DNA from: Nostoc sp.
GTDB taxonomy: Bacteria; Cyanobacteriota; Cyanobacteriia; Cyanobacteriales; Nostocaceae
Length of the DNA stretch: 64,000 bases
Direction: 5' to 3'
Assembly: GCF_036919495.1 (NCBI RefSeq)
Contig: NZ_JBALBZ010000027.1
Span: 7,779 to 71,778, forward strand
Shown piece by piece: positions 30,104 to 40,568 of the stretch. How positions within the stretch are numbered: the first letter of the stretch is position 1; every line of letters starts with the position of its first letter. A program made the position numbers and the translations under genes. The notes below the pieces were generated by a model. That model saw only the letters and a program-made list of their open reading frames with translations. It did not search any database and was not told the origin of the DNA.

Positions 30104-30622
30104 TTACGAATTATTTAATTCCCATTCCAGCAGGTTTTTATCCTTGGCAATTTGTTGCATTCCCAGTTTTTCCAAAATGTGAATCGAGGCAACATGATCC
30201 TCTGGAGAATGAGCGATAATTCTCTTGAGTTCTGGCTGAGTAAAGGCAAAATTAACCAGTGCTTCTACTGCCTCAAAAGCAAATCCCTGCTGGCGATAAG
30301 CTGATAGCACTTAATAACCCATTTCTACAGTTCTTGTTTGATCGGGTTTGCCAAGAAAACCCAAATCGCCAATTAAACTACAATCGGTAATGTGAATCAT
30401 TAGCCAGACACCCCAACCCAACGGGGAAGAATCATCTATTAGCATCTGAGCATACATTGGGAAAATATCTAACACCTCAGATGCATGCGAATCATCAGGA
30501 ACCTGTACCCCCAAAAGCCTCTCTACTTGGGGTTTATTCCTTGTCACAACGGCTTGCGCCACTTCCAAAGAGCAGGGAAGTAACTCAAGTCGCTGTGTCG
30601 TGATGTGTAAACTACGATTCAT
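30104..30622 (-). pseudogene. GNAT N-acetyltransferase interrupted by an in-frame TAA
   Basis: ORFs 30311..30622 and 30104..30310 share one frame: ...RTVEMGY*VLSAYRQQGFAFEAVEALVNFAF... The stop sits in the conserved acetyl-CoA-binding core. Confidence 0.7.
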
Positions 30623-31132
30623 TCAATACACAGTATTTGTGTCAGCATAACCTTGGATATTTTCTGGATCAAACTGACGTAATATTCGGGTTGCTTGCCG
30701 AGTCAGAGTTTCAGAACCTTGAACGGCAACTAAATATTTACCTGCATCTAAGCGGTTGCGATAAGGTAAAGCATCACCACCACCTACTAGTAAACCGACT
30801 CCGCCACCGACAAACACACCACCCATAGCACCACTAGCAGCACCTAGCAGTCCGCCAACGATGTGATTGCCAATTTCACCCGCCCAGGCAAAAGTATCTA
30901 AACCAGTGATCAGGCTGAATGTAAAACCTGCAAAAAAGCCAAATGGTATCAGCCAGGTTGCCATCAGTTTTGCTTGCTTTTTAGCTTGGTCTTTGGGGTC
31001 AATTAAGCCAAACTCGTCAGCCGTTTTATACCCTCTCCCCAGGATAGTGCTGTTTATGCCTTGTTCTTCTAAAGCTAAGTAAGCAGCTTCGGCTTGAATG
31101 CGGTCTGGTAGTACGGCAACAAGGTAATTCAT
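30623..31132 (-). CDS. membrane protein with glycine-zipper segment
   Basis: 169 aa; GGLLGAASGAMGGVFVGGGVGLLVGGG. Its stop codon abuts the GNAT start codon. Confidence 0.55.
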   Translation of the reverse strand: MNYLVAVLPDRIQAEAAYLALEEQGINSTILGRGYKTADEFGLIDPKDQAKKQAKLMATWLIPFGFFAGFTFSLITGLDTFAWAGEIGNHIVGGLLGAASGAMGGVFVGGGVGLLVGGGDALPYRNRLDAGKYLVAVQGSETLTRQATRILRQFDPENIQGYADTNTVY

Positions 31133-31265
31133 TGATTTTACAATTTGTCTAATAAAAGTTTTGCCTTAATTAACAGCGTATCAGTCCTGGTCGAATCATC
31201 TTGCATTGGTTAGAAGTATTGAGTACAGACAAGGGTTAACCCTTGTCTGTACAAGAGTTAAAAAT

Positions 31266-31309
31266 CTTACTCCCCTTCCCTTGCAGGGAAGGGGCTGGGG
31301 GTTAGGTCT
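31266..31309 (-). repeat. dispersed repeat, copy 2 (inverted relative to 15932-15975)
   Basis: cttactccccttcccttgcagggaaggggctgggggttaggtct. The flanks also align with copy 1. Confidence 0.85.
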
Positions 31310-31393
31310 ATATTAAACTCAACTACCAACCGCGACGCCGAATAGCCCGCCGCAGGCATCGCCGAAGTTAGCATAAGTTAAATGTACATCCGC

Positions 31394-31771
31394 TCACTTT
31401 AGCGAATCTAGTGGCTCACAAAAATTGTTCACGCCTTGCTTAAGGACATATATCAAAACTGGTGTTGCCAAAATTTTAGGAAACGTCGGCATTGCTTTTA
31501 GATGTTCCATCATCTTTTGAGGTGAACTATTAAGCAAATCTTCCCGATATTCTTGTTCGCAAATCACCACACGCCATTTTCTAGCTAAGGCATCTAACCA
31601 CTCGGAATTTGCTCTTTCTGGTTGCTGTCCCGCCCGGATAGCTAGCGTCATCGCCGCATCTTCTAAATCTCCATCACAGTCTTCAATCAAATCCAGCGCT
31701 TCCATATCGCTGGGATCTTCTGCAAATTGAGAGCGAAACTGTGCAATTTCTTGAGATGTTACTTTAGTCAT
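31394..31771 (-). CDS. hypothetical acidic protein
   Basis: ORF 31394..31801; the likely start is MTKVTSQEIAQFRSQF. No recognisable family. Confidence 0.45.
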   Translation of the reverse strand: MTKVTSQEIAQFRSQFAEDPSDMEALDLIEDCDGDLEDAAMTLAIRAGQQPERANSEWLDALARKWRVVICEQEYREDLLNSSPQKMMEHLKAMPTFPKILATPVLIYVLKQGVNNFCEPLDSLK

Positions 31772-32182
31772 GAGTCTTTGACAAGGCGAGCAATCGGACA
31801 CTCAGTTATGCTACATCATTTCACAAAATTGCTGTTATAAATAGGTTTTTCCGGGCGCTTTCAGAATCTAAAATCCGTCTTGGAAGCTTGAGCTACTGCG
31901 TTGCATTGGTTTAGCATTCCCGCTTTGAAAGTAAGCGGCGACTGTTTTAAGGAAGCCGACGCACCCGGCGACATTTTGCTAGATTTTTGCAAAATCCAAA
32001 ATTTTATCCAGTCAGTAACAGATTTTACCAACAATATTTTTCAACAATTTTGATAACTATTTGCAATAGCTTAGTCATGTACTGTAATGTATATTCTCAA
32101 TAAGCTCATTACTAAACTCAGGAAATAACAGCTATTTGCTGCTTGATTAAGAGTAATAGCAAGTCGGGATGTAGGAGTGTAA

Positions 32183-34938
32183 ATGGTATTGAAGCAAATA
32201 TTAAAGATTCTTTTGGCCACAAGCTTTATTTGGTTCTACATTGCAATAAGTGCTATTGCTCAAGAAGTAAACAAACAAGCACAAGGTAAATCTGTTGCGT
32301 CAGTACTACGTGATTCCAGATCGATTAGAGAGATTCCACGACTGGGTGAAGGAGAATTTTTTAGCACCAGCGCTCAAGAGTTAATATCGCCAACGGCACA
32401 AGCAGCGCCGACTTCAGAAGTTGTGCAAGTGACGGGAGTGAAAGCCAATTCTACCGACAAAGGTGTAGAGGTGATTTTACAAACTTCCTTTGGGCAACAG
32501 CTGCAAATTACAAATCGTAGTGCTGGCAATAACTTTATTGCTGATAAGCTGATGAGCATTTAAGTTGCATAACACCAGGGCTGAAGCCGTTACTACAAGC
32601 GAATCAGTCTGGAAAAATGAATGACGATTAGCTTATCCCTAACGCGCAACTGCGTTTACCCAATGGCGATGCGTTTACATTCCGCTCCCAAAAACCTGTT
32701 GTTGGGATTAGTGAAATAACTGTTACTAATCAAGACAGTAATACTATCCGGGTGACGGTGATAGGTGAAACGGGTGTGCCAGTTATAGAGTTGTTTGATA
32801 GTGATGAAGGTTTGATATTGGGACTGACACCTGTTGCATCTTCGGCACAAACGCGACCCATTCCACCACAACCAGAGAATCAAACCCCATCAGAGAAACC
32901 ATCGGCACAAACTGATGAACCGATTGAACTGGTTGTGGCAGGTGAGCAAGACGGTTATCTTGTCCCCGATGCTGCTTCTGCAACCAGAACTGATACCCCG
33001 ATGAGGGATATTCCGGCATCTATTCAAGTGATTCCCCAACAGGTGATTAAAGACCAGCAAATCACTCGTTTGGATGAAGCACTTCGTAATGTGAGTGGTG
33101 TCACATTTGCGGGAAATAATGACAATCGAGGTATTAGGTTTAGTTTGCGAGGGTTTGGCGCACAGGCGTATTCAGCTAGTGTCCCTGTGTTGCGAGATGG
33201 CTTTAGGGTATACGGAAGCCAAGGGTTTCCAGAACTTTCCAATTTGGAGCGTGTTGAAGTTCTCAAAGGGCCAGCTTCTATTCTCTACGGCGAGATTGAT
33301 CCAGGGGGTGTAATTAACCTAGTTTCCAAGCAACCACTAGCTGAACCATTTTATGAAGCTGAACTGCAAGTAGGTAGCCAACCATTTGTGCGTCCTCGCT
33401 TTGATATTTCCGGCCCATTGACAACCGATGGCAAGGTTCTTTATCGACTGAATGCTTTATACCAATATAGTGAGAGCTTTCGGAACTACGACAATGATAT
33501 TGATCGCTTTTCTGTAGCACCGATTGTTACCTGGAAAATAGGCGATCGCACCAATTTAACTTTCAACTTAGAATACACCAAGGATAATGGCCCTGCTGAC
33601 TTTGGTATCGTGGCCTCGAACAACGGAATTGTTAACGTTCCTCGTAGCCGCGTTAGTAATAATCCCAACGACACTATCGAGAATACTTACCTCAGCGTTG
33701 GCTACAATTTAGAGCATAAATTTAGCGACAATTGGACAATCCGCAATGCCTTTCGGTATATGTCTTACAGCTACGATTACAGTCCTTTAGCACTGCCTTT
33801 CAATTTTGATGGCACAACAGGAACACTGACTCGTTTCTTTGCTGACCAAGACGACACCACAAAAGATTACTCACTTCAGACAAATGTAGTCGGAAAATTA
33901 ACCACAGGTTCCATTAAGCATACTCTTGTGGTAGGTGTTGACCTTAATGATAGTGACGAGAGCGGTACGACTAAGTTTGGTTTTAGTGGCTTCGATACTA
34001 TTAATATTTTTAATCCTATTTATGGCCCTGAACCCAATCCGAGTACATTGCCTCTTTTCAGTGATACTAGTACCAACACCAAAAGGCTCGGTGTATACGC
34101 ACAAGATCAGGTAACGCTAGTCGATAACTTGTTTTTATTAGCAGGATTTCGCTATGACACCGTAGAGCAGACAGTAACTAACAATATCAATGGTAGCGAG
34201 CAATCGCAAAGCAATGATGCTATATCACCTCGATTCGGGATTCTTTATCGAGTCATACCAGAATTTTCACTCTACGCTAGCTATTCGCGATCGTTCAATC
34301 CCAACACAGGAAGAACCGCAAGTGATTCTCCCTTAGAACCTGAAACAGGAGAAGGTTACGAAGTAGGTGTGAAAGCAGATTTGCTCAGAAGCAAACTTTT
34401 CGCAACCTTGTCATACTTTGATATCACAAAGCAAAATGTTGCGGTTGCCGATCCCGTTAATTTTGGCTCCTCTCTTGCTACTGGCGAACAACAAAGCCGA
34501 GGGGTGGAACTGGATATTACTGGGGAAATCTTACCTGGATGGAATATCATTGCCTCCTATGCTTACACGGATGCGGAAGTTACAAAAGACACAAATATAA
34601 ATTCCGTTGGCAGCAGATTACCAGGTATTCCAAAGCACAGCGCCGGTTTGTGGACAACTTATGAAATTCAAGCTGGCGATTTGCACGGGTTAGGCTTCGG
34701 ACTGGGATTTAACTATGTAGGCGAACGAGAGGGGGGATTACCAAATACTTTTCAAGCTGATAGTTACTTTGTCACCAATGCAGGGCTGTTTTATCGCCGC
34801 AATAATTGGCGATTTGGTTTGAATTTTAAGAATCTGTTCGATGCCAATTACATTGCAACCGTTAGTGATAACCCAGTCAGAGGCAATGATTTTGGCGAAC
34901 CATTTACTGTGATTGGTTCAGTAACATTTCAATTTTGA
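32183..34938 (+). pseudogene. TonB-dependent (siderophore-type) outer-membrane receptor, split by a MITE
   Basis: Signal peptide plus cyanobacterial N-terminal extension (ORF 32183..32563), then plug VEVLKGPASILYGEIDPGGVINLVSK and a barrel ending VTFQF (ORF 32752..34938). The two ORFs join in frame once 89 bp are removed. Confidence 0.85.
32547..32633. mobile_element. 87-bp MITE with TA target duplication, same family as 16233-16330
   Basis: TA|agctgatgagcatttaagttgca...gacgattagct|TA. The 5' end matches the other copy at about 19 of 24 positions. Excision restores gct gat atc cct aac (ADIPN). Confidence 0.8.
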
Positions 34939-34986
34939 TTGAAAGCTCTCATGAATTGAAGCTAGCCATGAAAACCTGCGATCGCT

Positions 34987-35256
34987 ATGAATAAACCATC
35001 TAAACCTAGTTCTCTCAACGTTCAGCAAGTCGAAACTGTTTTAAATCGACTGCACACAGAGGCAAGTAAGCAATTTGGTGCATTACTTCTTCACTATTTA
35101 CCTAAGCTTCCTGGCTTTTTTTTGGGCAAGGGTATTCAGTGGGATCAGACAAAAACTGAGTTCTACAGTGATAAATATATTCCCATTGAAAGAGATCAAG
35201 CCCAGTCAAAGGCAATGATTTCGGTAAAAATGGATAAGAGCCAGTTAGCAACCTGA
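34987..35256 (+). pseudogene. chimeric remnant: methyltransferase-like 5' fragment joined to a TonB-receptor 3' end fragment
   Basis: The first about 72 codons resemble the N-terminus of class I O-methyltransferase-like proteins. From about 35200, cccagtcaaaggcaatgatttcgg matches 34873-34896 (cccagtcagaggcaatgattttgg) in the receptor 3' end. Confidence 0.45.
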
Positions 35257-35328
35257 GAATACCTTTTTACATCTAAATATTTTGCTAATAAGTCTGAAAT
35301 TCCCATAAATAGTAACATACAAAAATCT

Positions 35329-35724
35329 ATGGTCAATATAATCGACAACCGAGAACAGTCATATTGTCTAATCCAAATTGGTGAGGAAGTGACTGAACAA
35401 GATACTCAAAATTATCTTGCTCGCTTTACAAATCTCATCAATCATCAAGAGCGCATAGGCTTTGCTTTTCAATACCTGAGTGGTAAACCTCGAAAATCAA
35501 AAGCTGGCGAAAAAATGGAGGGTGAGTGGCTGCGTGTACACAAGCAAGAACTTGAGAAATATTGCTTGGGAATAGCTATGGTTACTTCTCCTAGTATAGA
35601 ATCCCTACTAAAACGAATAATTTTGAAAGGATCTGGGAAGCGTTTATTTGGTTGCGATTGCGAACTATTCTATAGTTTGGATAAAGCAGAAGAGTGGTTT
35701 AATACTCGTAGCCAAAGCAGATAA
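35329..35724 (+). CDS. hypothetical protein
   Basis: 131-aa ORF with no recognisable family. Confidence 0.4.
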   Translation: MVNIIDNREQSYCLIQIGEEVTEQDTQNYLARFTNLINHQERIGFAFQYLSGKPRKSKAGEKMEGEWLRVHKQELEKYCLGIAMVTSPSIESLLKRIILKGSGKRLFGCDCELFYSLDKAEEWFNTRSQSR

Positions 35725-35872
35725 TAGGGATTGGGGATTGGGACAGGGTTGATTAACTTGGGTATGTCTAGCTGGTATCTTTTTTGTTGGCTTGTACCTT
35801 AACACAAGCTTAAATCCCAGTTAACCTATTACCAGCACACATAAAGAAATAGGACTTACGCAAACTCTAGGA

Positions 35873-36022
35873 TTCTTCTCTACGAGACGCTGCGCGAAGG
35901 CGTTCTTCTCTAACGAGACGCTGCGCGTTCGCGTAGCGTTCCGTTCGCGCAGCGTCCCGTAGGGAAGTAAAGGCGTCTTCTCTGCGAGACGCGAAGCGCG
36001 TTGGCGTCAGCCTCTCGTAGAG
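35873..36022. repeat. GC-rich composite dispersed repeat (ctacgagacgctgcgcgaa units, internally palindromic)
   Basis: Units acgagacgctgcgcg / cgcgcagcgtc / ctctcgtagag. A related copy lies at 62975-63070, with shorter relatives at 31325-31375 and 53815-53850. Confidence 0.8.
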
Positions 36023-36122
36023 ATGGCGGTTCGATGAATTAAGCTTTTTAGCACTTTTTGTTTCAACTAAGTAGATGGTTGTAATTAAATATAAAATAGA
36101 AAAGCTATTCAATCACCTTGCT

Positions 36123-36392
36123 ATGCCAGCACCTCTACGTATAATTCTCAGCCCGGAAGAAGACTCGACCCTAAATGAATTGCGTCATGCTGGATGTGTT
36201 CCTAAACGAACCCGTGACCGAGCGCAGATGTAGCGATTAAATGCCCAAGGTTGGAAAGTAGCAGTGATTGCCAAGATATTTGAGTGTCATCAACATACAG
36301 TCAGAGCGACATTGCGACGATGGCAAGAAAGAGGCTTTAAGCTCTCACCGATGCTAAAAGCCTCATTCTTCAATGTAATTATTGAAAAATGA
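36123..36392 (+). pseudogene. IS630-family transposase, N-terminal HTH remnant
   Basis: MPAPLRIILSPEEDSTLNELRHAGCVPKRTRDRAQM*RLNAQGWKVAVIAKIFECHQHTVRATLRRWQERG. In-frame TAG at 36231-36233. The reading diverges after about 75 codons. Confidence 0.7.
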
Positions 36393-36399
36393 GGCTTTT
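36356..36399. terminator. bidirectional terminator-like hairpin
   Basis: aaaagcctcatt / aatgaggctttt 12-bp arms with A/T runs on both sides. Downstream of the TolC-like gene on the minus strand. Confidence 0.55.
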
Positions 36400-36482
36400 A
36401 GAATTTTTAATTGAAAATACAGGTCGGCGGAAATCAACTTCCCATTTCATTACAGCCAGAAAGCCCAAAATCAAAGCATGGT

Positions 36483-36516
36483 GACTTTTAACTTTTGACT
36501 TTTGACTTTTGACTTC
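36483..36516. repeat. TTTTGAC heptamer array
   Basis: gacttttaacttttgacttttgacttttgacttc. The related motif ttgacttccgccttgc occurs at 12700-12718 and 41791-41812. Confidence 0.85.
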
Positions 36517-36528
36517 CCCAAAGGGGCA

Positions 36529-38784
36529 CTAGCGTAATGCTCTGAGGGTAACAGACCGTTGTAACTGAGCTAAAGCACGGTTGTAATCCAAAATTGCTGT
36601 AACTCGATTACCTTCAGCTTGTGTGAGGTCGTTTTCAGAGTTAATGACATCAGTTTGAGTACCTACACCAGCTTGGAATCGCAAACGCGCTAAACGTAGA
36701 GCTTCCCTAGCTTGTTCTAAAGCGGTATTAGCGGTTTGAACATTCTCTAATCTAGATTGCTGGGTAGAATAGGCTTGTTCTACCTGAAAGCGAATTTGGT
36801 TGCGCTGTTCGGCAAATTGAGTTTCTGCGATCGCAATATTAGCTCTAGACTGAGCTGCCCTTGCTCTGGCTGCTCCTCCATCAAACAAATTTAGGCTTGC
36901 CTGAACTCCGAATGAATAACCATCAGTAGCACTGACATTATCATTGAACTGATCTTGCAGGTTGTAGCTAGCGACCAAACTAACTTGAGGCCCCAGTTCC
37001 GCAAGAGCCTGCTTACGCTGTTGCTCATAAGTATTGCGTTGTGCTAACTGCTGTTGCAATTCTGGACGATTTTGATAAGCCAGCACAATACTTTGTTCTA
37101 GTGTTGGGTTCCAAAGACCAGCTAATTGTACAGGATCGGCTGCACTGATATTTACCACCTGCGGCAAACTTATCCGAGTTGCTAATTGACGACGGGCAAT
37201 TTCCTGCTGCGATCTAGCATTAGTCAAATTTTGTTGGGCATTTGCTAAATTCACCTGCGATCGCAACACATCAAACCGCGTACCAACCCCAGCTCGCTCT
37301 AAAGCTTCTGCATCACGCAAACTAGCCTCAGAGTTCACCACAGCCGACTGGCTAATGCGTACTTGTTCATCGGCTTGTTGCAGATTGTAGTAGTCAGTGG
37401 CAACATTCAGACGGATTGTCTCAGACTGAGTTTCTACAGCCAACTCATAGTAACGTAACTGTTCTTCAGCCGCTCTGACATTAGCTTGGACTCTCCCAGA
37501 AGTATAAATGTTATACGACAGTTGTGCTTGACCAGAAAAAGATGTACTGGGTTTATCTTGGTTAGAAGGAAAGCCATTTCGCGCACTTAATTCGTCTTGA
37601 AGCTGACTACTAGAAGACTGACTGCGAGTAAGACCCGTGCTAACGTTGAGAGTGGGCAACAAAGCAGATTGCGCCTCTCGTAGAACCGCTCGATTGCGTT
37701 CTAGCTCTAATAGAGACACCTGTAAATCCCGATTATTCCGCCGTGCTAGCTCTAGAGCCTGTGCCAAAGTAATCGGCTGATTTCCCTGAAGTCTCACTTC
37801 CTCTGGTTTGGTGGGAAATTGCAGGGGATTTGAGCTAGGAATCAGGTTCTGTGGAATTTGCACTGGCCCTGATGGGGCAGGAGTTATGCTTCTCGGCACT
37901 GTGGAAGGTTGCACCGAACTCCCTGGCGTAGGAATTACGGTTTCTGGCACTGTGGTCGGTTGCACTGAACCCTCTGGCGTAGGAATTACGGTTTCCGGTG
38001 CAGTGGGAGTTGGCGTCGAATCTGTCGGAATTGGGGTATTACTCTGAGCAATGCGTAAGCCAGCAGCATTTTGTTGTGAGCAAAGACTTGAAATCAGTAC
38101 TAAAGCATCTGAGGAATCAGTTTTGCTTTTCCCTAACTCCTGTGGACATTGTTGCGCTGACAACAGTTTTGCTGATCCTACACCTGTAGCTGAAGTTTGT
38201 AAAAATGTCTGCGACTGAGTAACAGTATTTATCTTTTGAACCACTGGCTGCTGGAAAGAAGACAGGGACAAAATTTCTTTTTGGACAGAAGAGGGTTTTG
38301 AAGTGTAGTTGGGAACTACTATGCTCTTTGATTTTTGCCCATAAGCGCTTGAATTACTGTTTTTTTGGTTATTTTGAGCAGAACGGCTGACAGCAAGCTG
38401 TTGGGAAGCATTAGAGGTAGGTGTCAAACTGAAAAATCTACCTTTATCTTTCTTAAGTACTTGTTTTATTGGCACAACAGTATTTTCATCCGTAAACACT
38501 GGAATACTGTTATTACTTAAAGGCTTCATACTAAGTTTAGTGAAACCGAAAGCAGGTACTAGGGTTGGAACACTAACATTTGCACCGTAATGCAATTGCG
38601 TGTTCAGAACCCCCCCAACTAAGTCTTGACCATAAGTAGAAGTCAAAACACTAGGAGAAGAGGCCAGCTGTACCCCAGTTAGTTTTACAGTACCAGCCCA
38701 AGTCGGCTGAGTTGTTAAAACTGCTGCTGTCACACCAGGCAATAAGCTATGGAATAATTGCTGTCCTTTCACCGCATCCCTCAC
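36529..38784 (-). CDS. hgdD: TolC-like outer-membrane efflux protein with long N-terminal extension (HgdD-like)
   Basis: C-terminal about 430 aa carry the TolC-type repeats. Position directly after kaiC matches Anabaena PCC 7120 alr2886-alr2887 as I recall it. The symbol rests on synteny only. Confidence 0.7.
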   Translation of the reverse strand: MRDAVKGQQLFHSLLPGVTAAVLTTQPTWAGTVKLTGVQLASSPSVLTSTYGQDLVGGVLNTQLHYGANVSVPTLVPAFGFTKLSMKPLSNNSIPVFTDENTVVPIKQVLKKDKGRFFSLTPTSNASQQLAVSRSAQNNQKNSNSSAYGQKSKSIVVPNYTSKPSSVQKEILSLSSFQQPVVQKINTVTQSQTFLQTSATGVGSAKLLSAQQCPQELGKSKTDSSDALVLISSLCSQQNAAGLRIAQSNTPIPTDSTPTPTAPETVIPTPEGSVQPTTVPETVIPTPGSSVQPSTVPRSITPAPSGPVQIPQNLIPSSNPLQFPTKPEEVRLQGNQPITLAQALELARRNNRDLQVSLLELERNRAVLREAQSALLPTLNVSTGLTRSQSSSSQLQDELSARNGFPSNQDKPSTSFSGQAQLSYNIYTSGRVQANVRAAEEQLRYYELAVETQSETIRLNVATDYYNLQQADEQVRISQSAVVNSEASLRDAEALERAGVGTRFDVLRSQVNLANAQQNLTNARSQQEIARRQLATRISLPQVVNISAADPVQLAGLWNPTLEQSIVLAYQNRPELQQQLAQRNTYEQQRKQALAELGPQVSLVASYNLQDQFNDNVSATDGYSFGVQASLNLFDGGAARARAAQSRANIAIAETQFAEQRNQIRFQVEQAYSTQQSRLENVQTANTALEQAREALRLARLRFQAGVGTQTDVINSENDLTQAEGNRVTAILDYNRALAQLQRSVTLRALR
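37895..37996. repeat. 51-nt tandem duplication encoding a Pro/Thr-rich 17-aa unit
   Basis: ggcactgtggaaggttgcaccgaactccctggcgtaggaattacggtttct repeated with 7 changes (TVPETVIPTPEGSVQPT / TVPETVIPTPGSSVQPS). Confidence 0.9.
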
Positions 38785-38875
38785 ACGAAAATCAATCTAG
38801 CGGCAGAAAACCTTTCTTCACCACAGAATATAGCACGATACTAAATTTAGGAAAGAATATACTACGATACTAAAT

Positions 38876-40438
38876 TTAGGGTTCGGAACTCTGTTTGTCT
38901 TCAAAACGTCTAACAATGCGAGAAAGTTCCGCCTTTTCATCGATACTAACGCGAGTAGGAGCACCGCTAATAATCCGTTCGTAGTTTCGGAATGAATCTT
39001 TAATATCGGGCCCGTCAGCAGTAATATTATACTCACGAATGCCCTTATCATGCCAAGAGCCTCTCATTTTAAATACGTTAATTGCCCGCGACATTTCTCC
39101 ACGAATTTCTACGTACTGTAACATGATAATTGTATCGGTGATCGTGGAAATATGAGAGTCAGTAATGGAATGCGCTCCCAGAAATTGGTCAGTTGTGTTA
39201 GTAAAGAAACCAGTAATTTCTTCTTGTTTAGCATAACCCGTCACACCAATTACAAACTGCCGAAATGCATTATTGCTGACTCCTCTAGCTAATGCTGATA
39301 GGGAGTCAATGGCTATCCGGGCTGGTTTGAATACAGCAATTTCTGATTTTATAATTTGTAAGTGGTCTTCTAAACCAGTTGATTCGGGATAAGTACAAAT
39401 TATTTTCAGTAAACCCTGATGTTCTAATTCTTCAAAATCAATTCCCCAAGAGGAAGCATTACGAGATAGTTGGGCGCGTGATTCTTCGTAAGCAAATAAT
39501 ATTGCTTGTTCTCCATTGAGACAACCATCTTGAATAAACTTACTTACTAACAGGGTTTTACCAGTCCCTGTGGCTCCTGTTGCCAAAATAATCGAATCTT
39601 TAAAGAAACCACCACCGCACATTTCATCTAAAATTTTGACACCAGAAGATACCCTGACATTAGAAGAGCGTTGAGTCAAACGCATTGCTCCTAGTGGGAA
39701 GATGTTAACCCCTTCATTAGTAATCGTGAAGGGATACTCGCCTTTCATGTGAGTTGTACCGCGCAACTTGAGAATTTCAGTTGTGCGACGGCGGCGTTCT
39801 CCTTCTAAAACGTTGCGAACAATTACTACATTATCGGAAACAAATTCTTCCACTCCAAAAGAGGCAACGGGGCCATATTCTTCACTACGTTCAGTTGTAA
39901 TAATAGTAGTGACATTGAGTAGTTTGAGACGTGCTACTAGGCGGAAAATCTCGCGCCGGACTACTCCCATCGCTTCATACTGCTGAAATACTGCTGTTAT
40001 TGAGTCGATTGAAACTCGTTTAGCTTTGTATTTGCGAATCGCATATTGCAATCGCTCAATTAGTGCAGATAGATCAAAATTACCAACTATATCCTGTCCT
40101 TCAGGATCGGGAGATGCATCAAGAATAAACAACTTGCCTTCTTCAATTAGGCGTGGCAGATTCCACCCAAAAACATGAGCGTTTTTAATAATATCACTGG
40201 GTGATTCTTCAAAAGTAACAAATACTCCTGCTTCGTCAAAGTAGGTGATGCCGTTATAGAGAAACTGAAGAGAGAATAAAGTTTTGCCTGTACCGGAAGT
40301 GCCACTAATCAAGGTAGTTCTACCAATTGGTAAACCACCATGACTAATATCGTCAAACCCTTCGATCATCGTGCGAATTTTTTCTACACCTCCAATTTTC
40401 GGTGTTTTTTTTGGTTTTACTTGCTCTGTTTCACTCAT
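38876..40438 (-). CDS. kaiC: circadian clock protein KaiC
   Basis: Duplicated RecA-like halves with Walker A GTSGTGKT and GATGTGKT. Phospho-site segment DSHISTITDTIIMLQYVEIRGEMSR. Confidence 0.97.
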   Translation of the reverse strand: MSETEQVKPKKTPKIGGVEKIRTMIEGFDDISHGGLPIGRTTLISGTSGTGKTLFSLQFLYNGITYFDEAGVFVTFEESPSDIIKNAHVFGWNLPRLIEEGKLFILDASPDPEGQDIVGNFDLSALIERLQYAIRKYKAKRVSIDSITAVFQQYEAMGVVRREIFRLVARLKLLNVTTIITTERSEEYGPVASFGVEEFVSDNVVIVRNVLEGERRRRTTEILKLRGTTHMKGEYPFTITNEGVNIFPLGAMRLTQRSSNVRVSSGVKILDEMCGGGFFKDSIILATGATGTGKTLLVSKFIQDGCLNGEQAILFAYEESRAQLSRNASSWGIDFEELEHQGLLKIICTYPESTGLEDHLQIIKSEIAVFKPARIAIDSLSALARGVSNNAFRQFVIGVTGYAKQEEITGFFTNTTDQFLGAHSITDSHISTITDTIIMLQYVEIRGEMSRAINVFKMRGSWHDKGIREYNITADGPDIKDSFRNYERIISGAPTRVSIDEKAELSRIVRRFEDKQSSEP

Positions 40439-40568
40439 TGCTTGATAACAAAAGGGTATTAAAAACTGTTTTTTATGACTAAATTTCTGACTCTATTTTG
40501 GCGAGGCTACTTGTAAACATGCTCCCCTATACAGTTAAAAAATACTGTATAAATGGTTTCTTGGAGTA

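Noticed and set aside
32030-32115. Fur-box-like AT-rich strings upstream of the TonB-dependent receptor (ttgataactatttgcaatag, tattctcaataagctcatt)
   Set aside because: The resemblance to FurA/iron boxes is only loose and the region is generally AT-rich. It cannot be called without a position weight matrix scan.
36005-36020. tRNA T-arm-like string ggcggttcgatgaa
   Set aside because: It is embedded in the GC-rich dispersed repeat, and no acceptor or anticodon stems can be drawn around it. No tRNA was found in any intergenic region.
35867-36112. 81-aa minus-strand ORF rich in Arg/Ala/Ser
   Set aside because: It is read through the GC-rich dispersed repeat (35873-36022). The same repeat occurs elsewhere in non-coding contexts.
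38818-39051. 77-aa minus-strand ORF overlapping the kaiC 3' end
   Set aside because: It is an out-of-frame overlap with the unambiguous kaiC reading frame.
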